Shown here in pieces: positions 48,640-59,001 of a stretch of DNA of 64,000 nucleotides (positions are counted from its first letter, which is position 1; every line of letters begins with the position of its first letter). The stretch lies in the NCBI GenBank assembly GCA_011049115.1, contig DSCM01000133.1, forward strand, positions 6,849-70,848, read 5' to 3'. This DNA comes from Pseudomonadota bacterium (lineage in GTDB: Bacteria; Desulfobacterota; Anaeroferrophillalia; Anaeroferrophillales; Tharpellaceae). The notes beneath the pieces are model-generated. The model saw only the letters and a program-made list of their open reading frames with translations. It had not been told where the DNA came from and searched no databases. Both the position numbers and the translations under genes were made by a program.

Positions 48640-51600
48640 CTATTTGATTTTAATCTCAACCTCTCGACCGGCAACCGTTTCCGCCTCCGCAGCCGGCAAT
48701 TGCGGTTCCAGCAGAAAAAGGCGGCGGTTCTCAACCGGTCCCCGCTCCGCCAGATACGACATTACCGCCCGCGCCCGATGTTGCGCCAGCAAGAGCAGAT
48801 CGGCATCACTGACCTTGACAAAATCACGCAGTCGGGCTTCCTGCAGAAGCGCTTCAATCTTTTTGACCAGTCCCAGAAGATTCTTCTCCTTGACGAAAGG
48901 AGCGGTCTTGTAGGCCCGCCAGAGATAATGCTCGAATTCGGATTCAGTCACCACCACCTCCGCGAGCTCTGAAGCGCCCCCTCCACTGCCGCCTTTTTCC
49001 TTGAATTTTTCGGCTTTGAGCAGATGCTGAAAACGTTCCTCAGATAAAACCTGACGATCACTTACAGACGCAGCCCGGCCTTGAATCTCAACCTTGAGAG
49101 CGGGCCGCTGAAAAAGAACCGCGGCCAGCTTGTCTAGACGACTGCGGGCCATTTCGTCAAGTTCAAAGCGACCGGGCGCAAATTCAACCCGGTTAAGTTC
49201 CTCGCTATCCCCCACCAGGGCCCCCAGCAAAGAAAAGGGGGAGGTTACCGCCTTGGTCACCAGATTGACGAAAATCTTGAAAACCACCCCGCCCAAACTG
49301 AATTTCGGGTCATCCAGATCACCGCGAACCGGGACCCGCAGATGAATTTCCCCCTGCCGATCACGAAGCAGGGCGACCGCCAGGGTGACCGGCAGATTCA
49401 GAGACTGAGAGCTTTCCACCGCCTCGCCGAAAGCAAACTGATCCAGAAAAATCCGGTTGTTGGAGAACAGGTTACGATCTTCAAGCTTGATTTCTAGATC
49501 AAGCGACAGTTTCCCCTTGCCGATGGTCTGGCCGAGATACCTGCCCGAATAAGGAGTAAGTTCGGTCATGCCGAAATCCTGACAGCTGATTTTCAGATCG
49601 GCGAAGAGCTCTCGTCCCAGAGGATCAAGCTCGCCGGTAATCTTAAGCGGGGAATGATGATTCAGGCGACCGCTGAAATTCACGGTGGCCTCTTTTTCTT
49701 CCAGCGAATTCAAACCCTGCACCCTGCCGTTTAATTCATCCAGGACAAGTTCATAGTGCGGTTCCAGAGTACGGTCAAGGTAAAATAACGCGCTGTCCGT
49801 CAGGACTAATTCTTTGAGCTTAAACAAGGCTTCGTGGTTCTGTTCCTGTATCTCATCCTCAACCACCATGGGATTCGCGGCGGCCTTTTTCGATCGCAGA
49901 ACCAGCGCCAGAGAGTTGCTGCCATCCGGCTCTTTGACCAGGCTGGCCTTCAGAGCCTGAATCGACACCCGCTCCAGCTGCACCGCCAAAGGCTGGGACC
50001 TAAGGCTCAGGCCATCACAAGTCAACTTTTCAAGTTTAACGAATTCCTGCGCCTGGGAACCGGCAAGGGCTTGCAGATCGCGCAGTCCGGCGCCGCCGGA
50101 GAACGAGATTTCCGGACCGCTCTCAAGCCGTCGTAAACTCAGATGACCTTTCAACCCGGCCACGCCCCGAGTCAACAAAAGATCAAAATATCCCTGCAGA
50201 TAGGGTTGCAGCGAAGACAACGCCAGATTCTCCAGCCGCAAATCTAACTCAGCCCCGAGGGGATCGAGAACCAGCGGTCCCTGCGCTTTGAGAGTCCCTC
50301 CTGCGCCCAGCTGCAGAAACAGACGGGCGAAGCCTGAGGAAGGTTTCGCGCCAAAACCGACCTTTTCGAGCTCAAGATCCAGCTGTTTGACTTTCAAGGT
50401 GGCCCCGGCGGCCGGCATCAGGTCTTTGAAAACAGCGGTAAATTTATGCAGACCGGCCTTTTCCAGATAAACCTGCCAGGGCTCAGTCGCCCGGGAACCG
50501 TCAGCGACCGTCGGCGCCGAGGAAGTAACCGGAGGCAGCAACCCGGACCAGTCCAGTTCGCCATCACCATTCCGCAACAAATCCAGTTTTCCCCCGACGG
50601 CCTTGAGCGAATCAATCCGGACGGCTTTTTGCCGAAAATCAATCCGCCCTCCGGCAAGTTCGAATTCCGGCAGAGCAAAAACCTCACGGCCGGCTTCCGC
50701 GCGCAGCTGCAGATCCTTCATGCGCACGGCCAAGTCATTGAGCGACAACTCCTTTTCCGCGGCCGAAAAAAACAGGCCGCCGCCCAGATCAATCCGGCCG
50801 TCGACAAAATGCCCCCGAAAATAGTCATGATAATAAGCCCGATAACGCTCCGGCGACAGATTGCCGCAGGCAAAATCAAGCCGGAGCGCCAGTGGTTCAC
50901 TGTCCAGTTCTCCAGCCGCCACCAGGGTTTCCCCGGCACCACTGGTCAACTTGAGGTGATACTTGGCGGTCCGCTCCAATCCACTGGCGAAATTCTGCAG
51001 AGAAAAGTCAAGGTCATTAAATACGGCTGTAAAACCCGGGCTGACCCGCTCATCCCGAAGGTTAACCCGACCATGTTCAATCCACAGTCGGTCCAGAGTA
51101 AAAACCGGGACAGATTTATTATCCCGGTCATTTTGCCGGCCGGTTTCCGGGGTCCGCACCGCAGCCGGAGCCGCAGATTCACCGCCGGACATCGGTGCAA
51201 CGGAACCCTCACCACCTCCCGCCGCGCCGGAAGCCTTATCAACCAGCTGTAAGGAAGGCAACCGAAGTTCGCCATTAGCCTGAAGGCACAGATTCAGCTC
51301 CGGTTCTTTAAAACGCACTTCCCCGAGAAAAATCTCCCCGGCCAGGAGGTTTCCCGGCGCGATCCCGACGACGACTTCCGGCAATAAAAAGAAGCGCTGG
51401 TCTTGATTCTCTCCCAGCCCCCCCAAACTGAGTTCTTGCAAAATAACCGTGCCCTCCAGGCTGAGCCTGGCCGACTGGTTTTCAGACTGATTGAAGATCA
51501 GTTCCAGCCGGCTGGACAAGCGCCCCTGATGCAAAACGAAGTTCCGGGAACCCGGCAGATAAGCCAGATAATGCGGCAGATCAAGATTGTCGATATCGAT

Positions 51601-52290
51601 CTGAAAACGGGTTGCAAGCGAATCGGCGAAGGGTTTGATGGTGCCGCTCAAAACGAAAGGTGTGCCGTTAACCACCGCAGCGAAAGTAGGCTCCACATGG
51701 GTTTCAAGATGAATCGGCAAGTTGGAAATCCGCGGCAGATTGAGGTTGATCTGCTCGGCCCGATGCACAACCCCATGAAAATCGTCGCTGAATTCGATCG
51801 CCGCACCACTCAACCTAATATTATTTAAGGAGAAATGGAAAACGTCTTTGGCTCCGTTTTCCGGCGCCAAAGGTTGGAAGAATAGGGGGAAATCGGCAAA
51901 ATTATAACTGGCATCCTGATTTCTGACTATCCGCAGAAAGGCTCCCGCAACCGTCACCTCTTCCATGACCAGAGCCCGGTTGGCCAAGGACAGAAAACCA
52001 GCCAGATCAAATCTGAGTTGCTCAAACCTGGCCAACGGAATTTCCCCCTGCCGGGCCTCGATCTGCAACCCCTCGAGCTCAAGCAATAACGTAAAAGGAT
52101 TGAATTTTACCTTTTCGATCTTCGTTGAACGATCCAGTTGCAAGGTAAATTCCTTTTCCAGACGTGCATCGATCAGATGCGGCAGCAAGAAAAATCCCAG
52201 CAGGCTGTAAAGCGCGAGCAGAACGACCACGAGCCCGCCGAACCTGCGCCCGAAGAAGGTAATTTTATCTCGTTTTTTTGCCTCAGACAT
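48640..52290 (-). CDS. Giant AsmA/TamB-like (DUF748-type) envelope protein with N-terminal membrane anchor
   Basis: 1216 aa; single N-terminal TM helix then long beta-rich repetitive body typical of AsmA-like lipid-transfer proteins; family assignment is from architecture, not motif certainty. Confidence 0.5.
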   Translation of the reverse strand: MSEAKKRDKITFFGRRFGGLVVVLLALYSLLGFFLLPHLIDARLEKEFTLQLDRSTKIEKVKFNPFTLLLELEGLQIEARQGEIPLARFEQLRFDLAGFLSLANRALVMEEVTVAGAFLRIVRNQDASYNFADFPLFFQPLAPENGAKDVFHFSLNNIRLSGAAIEFSDDFHGVVHRAEQINLNLPRISNLPIHLETHVEPTFAAVVNGTPFVLSGTIKPFADSLATRFQIDIDNLDLPHYLAYLPGSRNFVLHQGRLSSRLELIFNQSENQSARLSLEGTVILQELSLGGLGENQDQRFFLLPEVVVGIAPGNLLAGEIFLGEVRFKEPELNLCLQANGELRLPSLQLVDKASGAAGGGEGSVAPMSGGESAAPAAVRTPETGRQNDRDNKSVPVFTLDRLWIEHGRVNLRDERVSPGFTAVFNDLDFSLQNFASGLERTAKYHLKLTSGAGETLVAAGELDSEPLALRLDFACGNLSPERYRAYYHDYFRGHFVDGRIDLGGGLFFSAAEKELSLNDLAVRMKDLQLRAEAGREVFALPEFELAGGRIDFRQKAVRIDSLKAVGGKLDLLRNGDGELDWSGLLPPVTSSAPTVADGSRATEPWQVYLEKAGLHKFTAVFKDLMPAAGATLKVKQLDLELEKVGFGAKPSSGFARLFLQLGAGGTLKAQGPLVLDPLGAELDLRLENLALSSLQPYLQGYFDLLLTRGVAGLKGHLSLRRLESGPEISFSGGAGLRDLQALAGSQAQEFVKLEKLTCDGLSLRSQPLAVQLERVSIQALKASLVKEPDGSNSLALVLRSKKAAANPMVVEDEIQEQNHEALFKLKELVLTDSALFYLDRTLEPHYELVLDELNGRVQGLNSLEEKEATVNFSGRLNHHSPLKITGELDPLGRELFADLKISCQDFGMTELTPYSGRYLGQTIGKGKLSLDLEIKLEDRNLFSNNRIFLDQFAFGEAVESSQSLNLPVTLAVALLRDRQGEIHLRVPVRGDLDDPKFSLGGVVFKIFVNLVTKAVTSPFSLLGALVGDSEELNRVEFAPGRFELDEMARSRLDKLAAVLFQRPALKVEIQGRAASVSDRQVLSEERFQHLLKAEKFKEKGGSGGGASELAEVVVTESEFEHYLWRAYKTAPFVKEKNLLGLVKKIEALLQEARLRDFVKVSDADLLLLAQHRARAVMSYLAERGPVENRRLFLLEPQLPAAEAETVAGREVEIKIK

Positions 52291-52513
52291 TAGACATTTT
52301 TCAACCTCCCTTCCTCTTAAATTAACTCCGGCAGATCACCAGCCCGTTTAACTCTCACAACTGAAATCGACAAAATTGATCAGACGCCCAGACCCACAGC
52401 CATCCTGCCAGACTGTCGTCTTGGCTTGGCCAAAAAAATTTGTTTCAAAACCGTTTTCAAGCATAACAATTAAACCCGGCAATGGCAACCTTTCTCACAG
52501 CTAAACCACATTA

Positions 52514-52547
52514 TAAATCATGGGCCCAGATAAATCATGGGCCCAGA
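52514..52547. repeat. Tandem direct repeat, 2 x 17 nt (TAAATCATGGGCCCAGA), in promoter region upstream of yfcH-like gene
   Basis: ataaatcatgggcccaga taaatcatgggcccaga read directly; each unit contains the GGGCCC palindrome. Confidence 0.5.
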
Positions 52548-52719
52548 GAGGAATACGGCCCTGCGCCAGAGACTTAAAAAAACCGCCTCGGCAAACATGC
52601 CAAACCGTTACTATTCAGATAAAAAAATATTCAAAGAATACAATTTGTAGTACTGAGATAGGTTATCGGGCCCGCCCAGCCAATATAAAGTGTAAGGTCT
52701 TGAGCAAGAGGAGAATGAT

Positions 52720-53649
52720 ATGAAGATTTTCATTACCGGGGGAAGCGGATTTGTGGGCCGGCACCTGACCCGCGAACTCTCCGCCAGACATCATCAGGTG
52801 ACGATTCTGACCCGAAGGCCGGAATCAGGACGGGGACTGCCTTTCGGAGTCGACTACTGCATCGGAGATCCCAATCTGCCGGGTCCTTGGCAGGAAAGTT
52901 TGAGTCGGCATGAGCTGGTTATCAATCTTGCCGGAGCTTCGATTTTTTCCCGCTGGACCGACAGTAAAAAAGCTGAAATCCGCGACAGTCGTATCCGCAC
53001 CACCCGCCATCTGGTTGACGGCATTGAAATGGCGACCGCCGCAAACCACAAGATCGCCCTGTTAAGCACCTCGGCCGTCGGCTACTACGGCAACCGCGGC
53101 GACGCAAAAGTCGAGGAAAACGACCCGGCGGGCGTCGACTTTCTCGCCCAAGTGGCAAGCGCATGGGAAAGAGAGGCTTTGCGGGCGGAAAACTTCGGGG
53201 CCAGGGTTGTACTCTGCCGTTTTGGTATCGTTCTGGGCCCCGACGGTGGGGCTCTGAGTAAAATGCTGCCCCTTTTCAGATGGGGGCTCGGCAGCCATGT
53301 GGCCAGCGGCCGACAGTGGTTCCCCTGGATTCACCAAAGCGAACTTTCGCGGATTTTCACTTTTCTTGTCGAGCAGACCAATTTAAGCGGAGTTTTTAAC
53401 TGCGTTACCCCAGAACCCGTTACCAACGCAGAATTTTCCCGACAACTGGCCGCCGCTCTACAACGCTGGACCTTGCCGCTGGGCGTTCCGGAGCTGTTCC
53501 TGAAACTGACCCTGGGCGAGATGGCCTCGGTTCTGCTCGGCGGCCAGCGCGTCAGCCCGACCCGTCTGCTGGCCGCCGGGTATAAATTCAGTTTTCCCAA
53601 CCTGAAGGAAGCCCTGGCCGACCTGCTCAGAGATCAATCGTTTAGATAA
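52720..53649 (+). CDS. TIGR01777/YfcH-family NAD-dependent epimerase/dehydratase-like protein (SDR39U1)
   Basis: MKIFITGGSGFVGRHL Rossmann motif; C-terminal DUF1731-like region; 309 aa. Confidence 0.75.
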   Translation: MKIFITGGSGFVGRHLTRELSARHHQVTILTRRPESGRGLPFGVDYCIGDPNLPGPWQESLSRHELVINLAGASIFSRWTDSKKAEIRDSRIRTTRHLVDGIEMATAANHKIALLSTSAVGYYGNRGDAKVEENDPAGVDFLAQVASAWEREALRAENFGARVVLCRFGIVLGPDGGALSKMLPLFRWGLGSHVASGRQWFPWIHQSELSRIFTFLVEQTNLSGVFNCVTPEPVTNAEFSRQLAAALQRWTLPLGVPELFLKLTLGEMASVLLGGQRVSPTRLLAAGYKFSFPNLKEALADLLRDQSFR

Positions 53650-55721
53650 AAAAAAGGCGCTTCCGGCTTCCCGGCCAGGGAAAAGGAAAACGTCTTTTCA
53701 GCGGCGACCACGCCCCGGAAATCAAGTTTTCGGCCGACGCTGTAATAGCGTCCGCGAGCCTGAAGCTCCGGACCGGCGCCGTTGATTTTAAAATCATTCA
53801 GGGACCAGACCTGTTTGCGCACGGAAAACCCTCCGGAACAGGAAGAAAACTCCTTCTTCAGAGCGCTCAGACCGGAGTCCTCGAGAAAACGGTTACCGGC
53901 CAGCCAGAGCGGCACTGCGGCAATCCGCCCCCGGCGCAGCTGCCATTTGCCGTTAAGATCCAGATTATCGTCAATCACGCCTCGCAACGGCAAGCGCCCC
54001 CCGCCGACCATGGCGACGTCCAAGATTCCGCTCAACGGCAAATCCGCTAAAAATTTATCCACTTCTATATTTTTACAAACCAGGGACGTGCGCCAGCGCG
54101 GTTCATGCAACAGCTCATCCAAAAGCAACGAAATGCGCAGTTCTCCCTGGCCAGCGCAGTAGACAATCAGACGTTCAATCTCAAGCTGGGCCAAGTCCTT
54201 GCGGCCGACCAGATTAAATTCGGAAAAGTCATGACCGGAAAGATGCAGCCGCCTGATGCTGCAGTTGCCATCCAGAAACCACCTCCAGCCCGCAGCCTGT
54301 TCCAGCAGCGTCGCGGCCGCCGTCAGATAATCCCTGCCGGAAAAAGGTGCGGCGGCAACCCCGCCCATCGGTTCCGGGTCTGTTTCTGAATTTTTCGCGC
54401 CGGAGCCAACCGGGTTTGCGGTCGAATCCTCTGTTGTGAGCTGTTCCTGATGCCGGTGCAGCGTGAGCGACTCGGAACTGAGCTCCACTTTCAGAACCGG
54501 AGTTTCAAAGGGATTGCCCACCAGTTTGCATTCCCCGGTCAGGGCACCCTGCAGGGAATAAGGCGCCAGACTGCGGCTCGGAACCCGAGCCAAAACCTGA
54601 GCCAGGCTTTCAACCCTGAAACTGCTGACCAGATCGACGAAAAAAGGTTCCCGAAAACGAATCAGTCCCCGAGTAAAAAAAGCCGCCGCACCGGGATAGG
54701 CAAAAGCCGCATTTTTCAGATTAAGATAACCTTCACGGCGCTGAAAGAAACCGGCAAAACCCACATTACAGGAACCGCTGGACCATATTTCTCCAGAGTC
54801 GGTTGCCGCCGGAGCAACAATCTGATGCTCCGCGGCGCGACAGTGACTATTAAAACGCAGGCCCGCCCGCGGGTCTCCGCTCAGATCAAACTCCAAATCG
54901 GCTTCGCTGAAATCCGCGCGCCAGAGCCCTGACTGAGTCGAATCCTCCCGGGAACTCAGGCCAAGGCTCACAGCCTGCGGCAGAGTGAGCTTATGCAGGC
55001 GGCAACTAACCTCCAAATGTTCATTCCCTTCCGCAGGTTGCGATGTTTCTGCAGACGACATCGCCTCCCCCAAGCGATAACGTATCAGTTTAAAGCTGCC
55101 CCGGCCACCCAGAAGAGCAGCGGTCGCATCGAGATTGACACTCTGATTACCAGGCCGCAAGTTCCAGCTGCCGGCACATTCGCTAAGCGTCAAAGGAAAG
55201 GTGAAACCGGGAATATCAGGCAGGCGAACCATCAGGTCATGCCACGACAAACGCAGAGGATCGCGGCCAAAATTCAGCTCTGCGGCGGAAAATAACTCAG
55301 CCATCCGCTCGAAGACGGTATCCGGCTCACTTCCGGCACCGTCGGCACCGTCTTCCGCGCCCCGCAGGGCTGCCCAGCAGACCTCGGCGACCCCATTTTC
55401 AAGGCTGATTTCTGAAAACCTGGGCGCCAGAGCCAAAAGGGAGGGCCAGGAGAAGTAAAACCTGAGAGAGTTGATTCTGAGATTGGAACCGTTGTTCGCC
55501 GCAGTACTTAAACCTTGTGCCAAGATCGCGGGACGCGGCAAAAGCGCAAGCCTTACCGACTCTAGGTGACAAGGCTGTCGCAAGCCTTGAGCCAGATCAT
55601 CGCTCAGAGAGCGACGCCAACCCTCCTGTGGAAACAAGGGGACGAGCAAGACCGCTCCCAGCAGCAGCGCCGGCAAACTCACCCACCCAGAGCGACGAAC
55701 CAAGAATTTGCCCCAGAACAT
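53634..55721 (-). CDS. AsmA-family protein (membrane-anchored, large periplasmic domain)
   Basis: 695 aa; N-terminal TM helix, beta-rich body; C-terminal segment resembling AsmA C-terminal region; assignment tentative. Confidence 0.45.
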   Translation of the reverse strand: MFWGKFLVRRSGWVSLPALLLGAVLLVPLFPQEGWRRSLSDDLAQGLRQPCHLESVRLALLPRPAILAQGLSTAANNGSNLRINSLRFYFSWPSLLALAPRFSEISLENGVAEVCWAALRGAEDGADGAGSEPDTVFERMAELFSAAELNFGRDPLRLSWHDLMVRLPDIPGFTFPLTLSECAGSWNLRPGNQSVNLDATAALLGGRGSFKLIRYRLGEAMSSAETSQPAEGNEHLEVSCRLHKLTLPQAVSLGLSSREDSTQSGLWRADFSEADLEFDLSGDPRAGLRFNSHCRAAEHQIVAPAATDSGEIWSSGSCNVGFAGFFQRREGYLNLKNAAFAYPGAAAFFTRGLIRFREPFFVDLVSSFRVESLAQVLARVPSRSLAPYSLQGALTGECKLVGNPFETPVLKVELSSESLTLHRHQEQLTTEDSTANPVGSGAKNSETDPEPMGGVAAAPFSGRDYLTAAATLLEQAAGWRWFLDGNCSIRRLHLSGHDFSEFNLVGRKDLAQLEIERLIVYCAGQGELRISLLLDELLHEPRWRTSLVCKNIEVDKFLADLPLSGILDVAMVGGGRLPLRGVIDDNLDLNGKWQLRRGRIAAVPLWLAGNRFLEDSGLSALKKEFSSCSGGFSVRKQVWSLNDFKINGAGPELQARGRYYSVGRKLDFRGVVAAEKTFSFSLAGKPEAPFFYLND

Positions 55722-56650
55722 CAGATTTTCAGTCTGTCAAGCAAAGCCTGAATCCCTAGCTGAGCCTTATCAAGGGCAGCCCGCTCCCGGGAATCAAGCT
55801 GCAACTCGATGATGCTTTCGCAGCCTTGGGCCCCCAGTTTCACCGGAACCCCAAAAACACAGTCCGAAATACCATATTCGCCCTGCAACAGAATCGTCGC
55901 CGGCAGAATCCTTTTACGATCCTTGATGATGGCTTCGACCATGCGACCAATAGCGGCGGCCGGGGCATAAAAGGCGCTGCCGGTTTTCAGGAAAGAAACA
56001 ATTTCGGCTCCGCCGTTACGGGTGCGTTCAACTATCGCGTCAATTCTTTCCTGGCTCATCAGGTTCGGCAGGGGGATTCCCGAAACCGTTACATAGCGGG
56101 GCAGGGGAACCAGGTTTTCACCCTGTCCACCCAAAACACAAGCCGTGACATCAGCAACCGAAACCTGAAGCTCTGCGGCAATAAAAGAACTCATTCGGGC
56201 GGCATCGAGAACACCCGCCATGCCCAGAACCCGATGGCGGGGAAGGCCACTCACCTGAGTGGCCACATAGACCATGGCCTCCAGGGGGTTGGTGACCACC
56301 AGCAGAAAAGCGTTGGGTGAATATTTGACGATCCTCTGGGTTACAAAAGAGATGATGGAACTGTTTTTTTTAAGCAGGTCATCACGGCTCATCCCCGGCT
56401 TGCGCGCCAGACCGGCAGTAACGATAACGACATCGGAGTCCGCCGTGTCGGCATAGCTGTTGGTGCCGGTGATCGAGACATCATACCCGTCCAGAGGAGA
56501 AGCCTCCGCCAGATCCAGGGCTTTACCCTGAGGCAGTCCATCAACCACATCATAAAGAACAATATCTCCCAGCTCGCGGGAGATCAGCCAGAGAGCGCAA
56601 GCGGCTCCGACATTGCCGGCACCGACGATAGTTATTTTTTTCCTATTCAC
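55721..56650 (-). CDS. Malate/L-lactate dehydrogenase-family protein (LDH-like MDH homolog) with substituted catalytic dyad
   Basis: 309 aa; ITIVGAGNVGAA NAD motif, GLARKPGMSRDDL substrate loop; but VVTNPLEAM (Asp to Glu) and VLGGQGENLVPL (His to Gln) at the Asp168/His195 positions. Confidence 0.8.
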   Translation of the reverse strand: MNRKKITIVGAGNVGAACALWLISRELGDIVLYDVVDGLPQGKALDLAEASPLDGYDVSITGTNSYADTADSDVVIVTAGLARKPGMSRDDLLKKNSSIISFVTQRIVKYSPNAFLLVVTNPLEAMVYVATQVSGLPRHRVLGMAGVLDAARMSSFIAAELQVSVADVTACVLGGQGENLVPLPRYVTVSGIPLPNLMSQERIDAIVERTRNGGAEIVSFLKTGSAFYAPAAAIGRMVEAIIKDRKRILPATILLQGEYGISDCVFGVPVKLGAQGCESIIELQLDSRERAALDKAQLGIQALLDRLKI

Positions 56651-56686
56651 CAGAGTCCCGTTCCCGATTCAGGCAAGATTCACCAG

Positions 56687-57163
56687 CTAAAACAATGCCG
56701 CCAGCCGCACATTGGCCTGGCGCAGACGCAGGAGCTGCAAAAAAGCCATTCCCCGCCACAAACGCGCGGCGGTTTCCGGAAAAGCAACTTCTAACGCCGC
56801 CGCCCCGACGCCATCCAGGGTCAACAGCCCGGCATCCGTAACCGCCCGCAAGGTGGTTGAATGACAACTTTCATCGGCAAAAACAAGTTCCCCAATCGTG
56901 GCCCCATCAGCAAATTCCGCCATGATTATCGGTTTATCCCACCCCGGGGTTTTTTTGACCGCCTCCAGCCGCCCATTGATGACACAAATCAACAGACTGC
57001 TCTTCTGACCCTCTTCCCAGAGAGTTTCACCGGCGGAAACATTTTGCCGGCTTGCGAACCCGGCGAAATTTTCCCAGTCAGGCAGCGTACAGAATCTGAA
57101 CAGAGGAGAAACCTGCCAGGCAAAAACGGAAACCAATCCTGCAACCACTTGAACCTCAGCCAT
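56687..57163 (-). CDS. Cyclic nucleotide-binding domain protein
   Basis: cNMP-binding-like beta-roll with GETLWEEGQ...GATIGELVF; start trimmed to MAEVQV. Confidence 0.5.
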   Translation of the reverse strand: MAEVQVVAGLVSVFAWQVSPLFRFCTLPDWENFAGFASRQNVSAGETLWEEGQKSSLLICVINGRLEAVKKTPGWDKPIIMAEFADGATIGELVFADESCHSTTLRAVTDAGLLTLDGVGAAALEVAFPETAARLWRGMAFLQLLRLRQANVRLAALF

Positions 57164-57785
57164 CACTGTCTTTTTCGTTTGCGGCAAGCTTTTCTTCCAT
57201 CTGGGCAACCAGGCCGGCAAAGCCCTTCTTTTTCACAATCGGAGCAAACTGACTGCGATAATTACGCACCAGGCTGACATTTTCAATGATGACATCATAC
57301 ACCAGCCAGCGGCCGGCAGTCCCCAATTGCAGTTTGTAACTCAAAGGAATTTCCCGGCCATTGCCGATGACCAGGGTCAGCACCTCGGCCTTTTCCCCGT
57401 CAACTATCTCCTTGACATAGACAACTTCTTCGTTGGCATAGCTGTCAATGGTTGCAATATAGCTTTTTTCCAGCAGTTTCCGGTAAAGCTCAATAAAATT
57501 ACGGCATTCATTCTCATGCAAATCATTCCAGTCACGCCCCAGCGAAAGCTTAGCCATGCGCGGCAGATCAAACTGAGTAAACACCACCTCGGTAATCCGC
57601 TGGCGACGGAGGACCAGGTTCTCGTCTCCCTTCAGAGCTTGATCCCGCAAAACCTCAAGGAGCAGGTTGATACTGGCCTCTAGCTGGCGCCGGGGACCGA
57701 CCTCTTCCCCGCCGAGCAGCGACTGCGGCAGAACAAAAGCCATCAAGCATAAAACCATGCCTAGAAAACGAACGCGGGCCATCAA
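57156..57785 (-). CDS. mlaC: Phospholipid-binding periplasmic protein MlaC (Ttg2D family)
   Basis: 209 aa with signal peptide; Ttg2D/MlaC-like core (FDLPRMAKLSLGRDW...ELYRKLLEKSY). Confidence 0.75.
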   Translation of the reverse strand: MMARVRFLGMVLCLMAFVLPQSLLGGEEVGPRRQLEASINLLLEVLRDQALKGDENLVLRRQRITEVVFTQFDLPRMAKLSLGRDWNDLHENECRNFIELYRKLLEKSYIATIDSYANEEVVYVKEIVDGEKAEVLTLVIGNGREIPLSYKLQLGTAGRWLVYDVIIENVSLVRNYRSQFAPIVKKKGFAGLVAQMEEKLAANEKDSDG

Positions 57786-57816
57786 AAAAACTCCGTAGGA
57801 TTTAAGACGTTAACGA

Positions 57817-58545
57817 TTACGGCAGAATTTCACGCCGATGTTGCTGAAAGGCATCGCGCACCGCAAGATACGGATCAAGCGCGCCACTGAGCATTTTCTC
57901 ATATTCACCCAAGCGGAACGAGGTCCGGTTGATGGCATTGGAACCCTGCACCGCGACCGCACTCACGGGGTTCTGGTAGAGGGCATAAAAAAGCGGCGAG
58001 GCCAGAGTATCTCCACCCAGACCAAGGATGCCGCGAAAATCATGCGGTCCCCAAAAAGGCAGGACCAGATAGGGACCGCTACCCATCCCGTAGGTCGCGA
58101 GGGTCGAGGCAAACTGATATTCATGGGATTTCAGGCCGTCATAGGAGGCTGGATCCATCAGTCCGCCGACCCCCACGGTACTATTCAGCATAAACCGTAA
58201 AAACGACTCTTCCGCGGCTTTGAAGCGACCCTGAAGCAGACAATTGATAACCCGGGTGGGTTCCAGCAGATTACTGAAAAAGTTGAGCAGGCCGGTACGG
58301 AACAAACTCGGGGTTACGATTTTATAGCCCCGGGCAACCGGTTCCAGAACCCAGAGCTGCAGACGATCATTAAAAACAAAGAACACCCGGTTTAAAACTT
58401 CAAGTGGATCTTTGACGGAAACCGCCTCGCCGTCATATTCAGCGAACTCATCCGTCTCTAGCCCCGGCGGTTGCGAAAATCCGGGAGTCATATTCCAGAA
58501 CAATAAAGCGACCGCCAAAAAAATCACCAGTATTTGCCGAGACAT
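57817..58545 (-). CDS. mlaA: Outer-membrane lipoprotein MlaA/VacJ
   Basis: 242 aa; VacJ signature LEVLNRVFFVFND...VARGYK...LNSTVGVGGLMD. Confidence 0.75.
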   Translation of the reverse strand: MSRQILVIFLAVALLFWNMTPGFSQPPGLETDEFAEYDGEAVSVKDPLEVLNRVFFVFNDRLQLWVLEPVARGYKIVTPSLFRTGLLNFFSNLLEPTRVINCLLQGRFKAAEESFLRFMLNSTVGVGGLMDPASYDGLKSHEYQFASTLATYGMGSGPYLVLPFWGPHDFRGILGLGGDTLASPLFYALYQNPVSAVAVQGSNAINRTSFRLGEYEKMLSGALDPYLAVRDAFQQHRREILP

Positions 58546-58557
58546 GTAAATCCCCTG

Positions 58558-59001
58558 TTACTCAACTTTACCAAAAACATATTTGCTGATCAAAGCCTCC
58601 AGATCGACGGCAGATTCGGTTTCGGTTATTTTACCGCCGTCCGGCAGAAAATCCTCCTCGGCTCCGGGTGTCAACTGCACGTACTTATCTCCGATTATAC
58701 CCTGGGTTTTAATGGAAGCAAAAACATCGCTGCCGATTTTTACTTCAGGCTTCACCAGCAGTGCGACCCGGGCTCGATCCTCATGCAGCGAGATACTTGC
58801 GACCTTACCGACTTCAACCCCGGCGATTTCAACCCGGGCTCCGCTTTTAAGGCCACTGACCGAGATAAAATCAGCATAAACACGATAATAATTTCCGCCG
58901 AAAAATTCAAGGCCGCCAAGATTAAGGGTCAGATAGGCGATCGCGAGCAGACCGACGAGCATGAAAGCCCCGACCGTTATCTCCAGATTAAATCTTTTCA
59001 T
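58558..59001 (-). CDS. mlaD: MCE-domain protein MlaD
   Basis: 147 aa; N-terminal TM anchor then MCE domain (YYRVYADFISVSGLKSGARVEIAGVEVGKV). Confidence 0.8.
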   Translation of the reverse strand: MKRFNLEITVGAFMLVGLLAIAYLTLNLGGLEFFGGNYYRVYADFISVSGLKSGARVEIAGVEVGKVASISLHEDRARVALLVKPEVKIGSDVFASIKTQGIIGDKYVQLTPGAEEDFLPDGGKITETESAVDLEALISKYVFGKVE

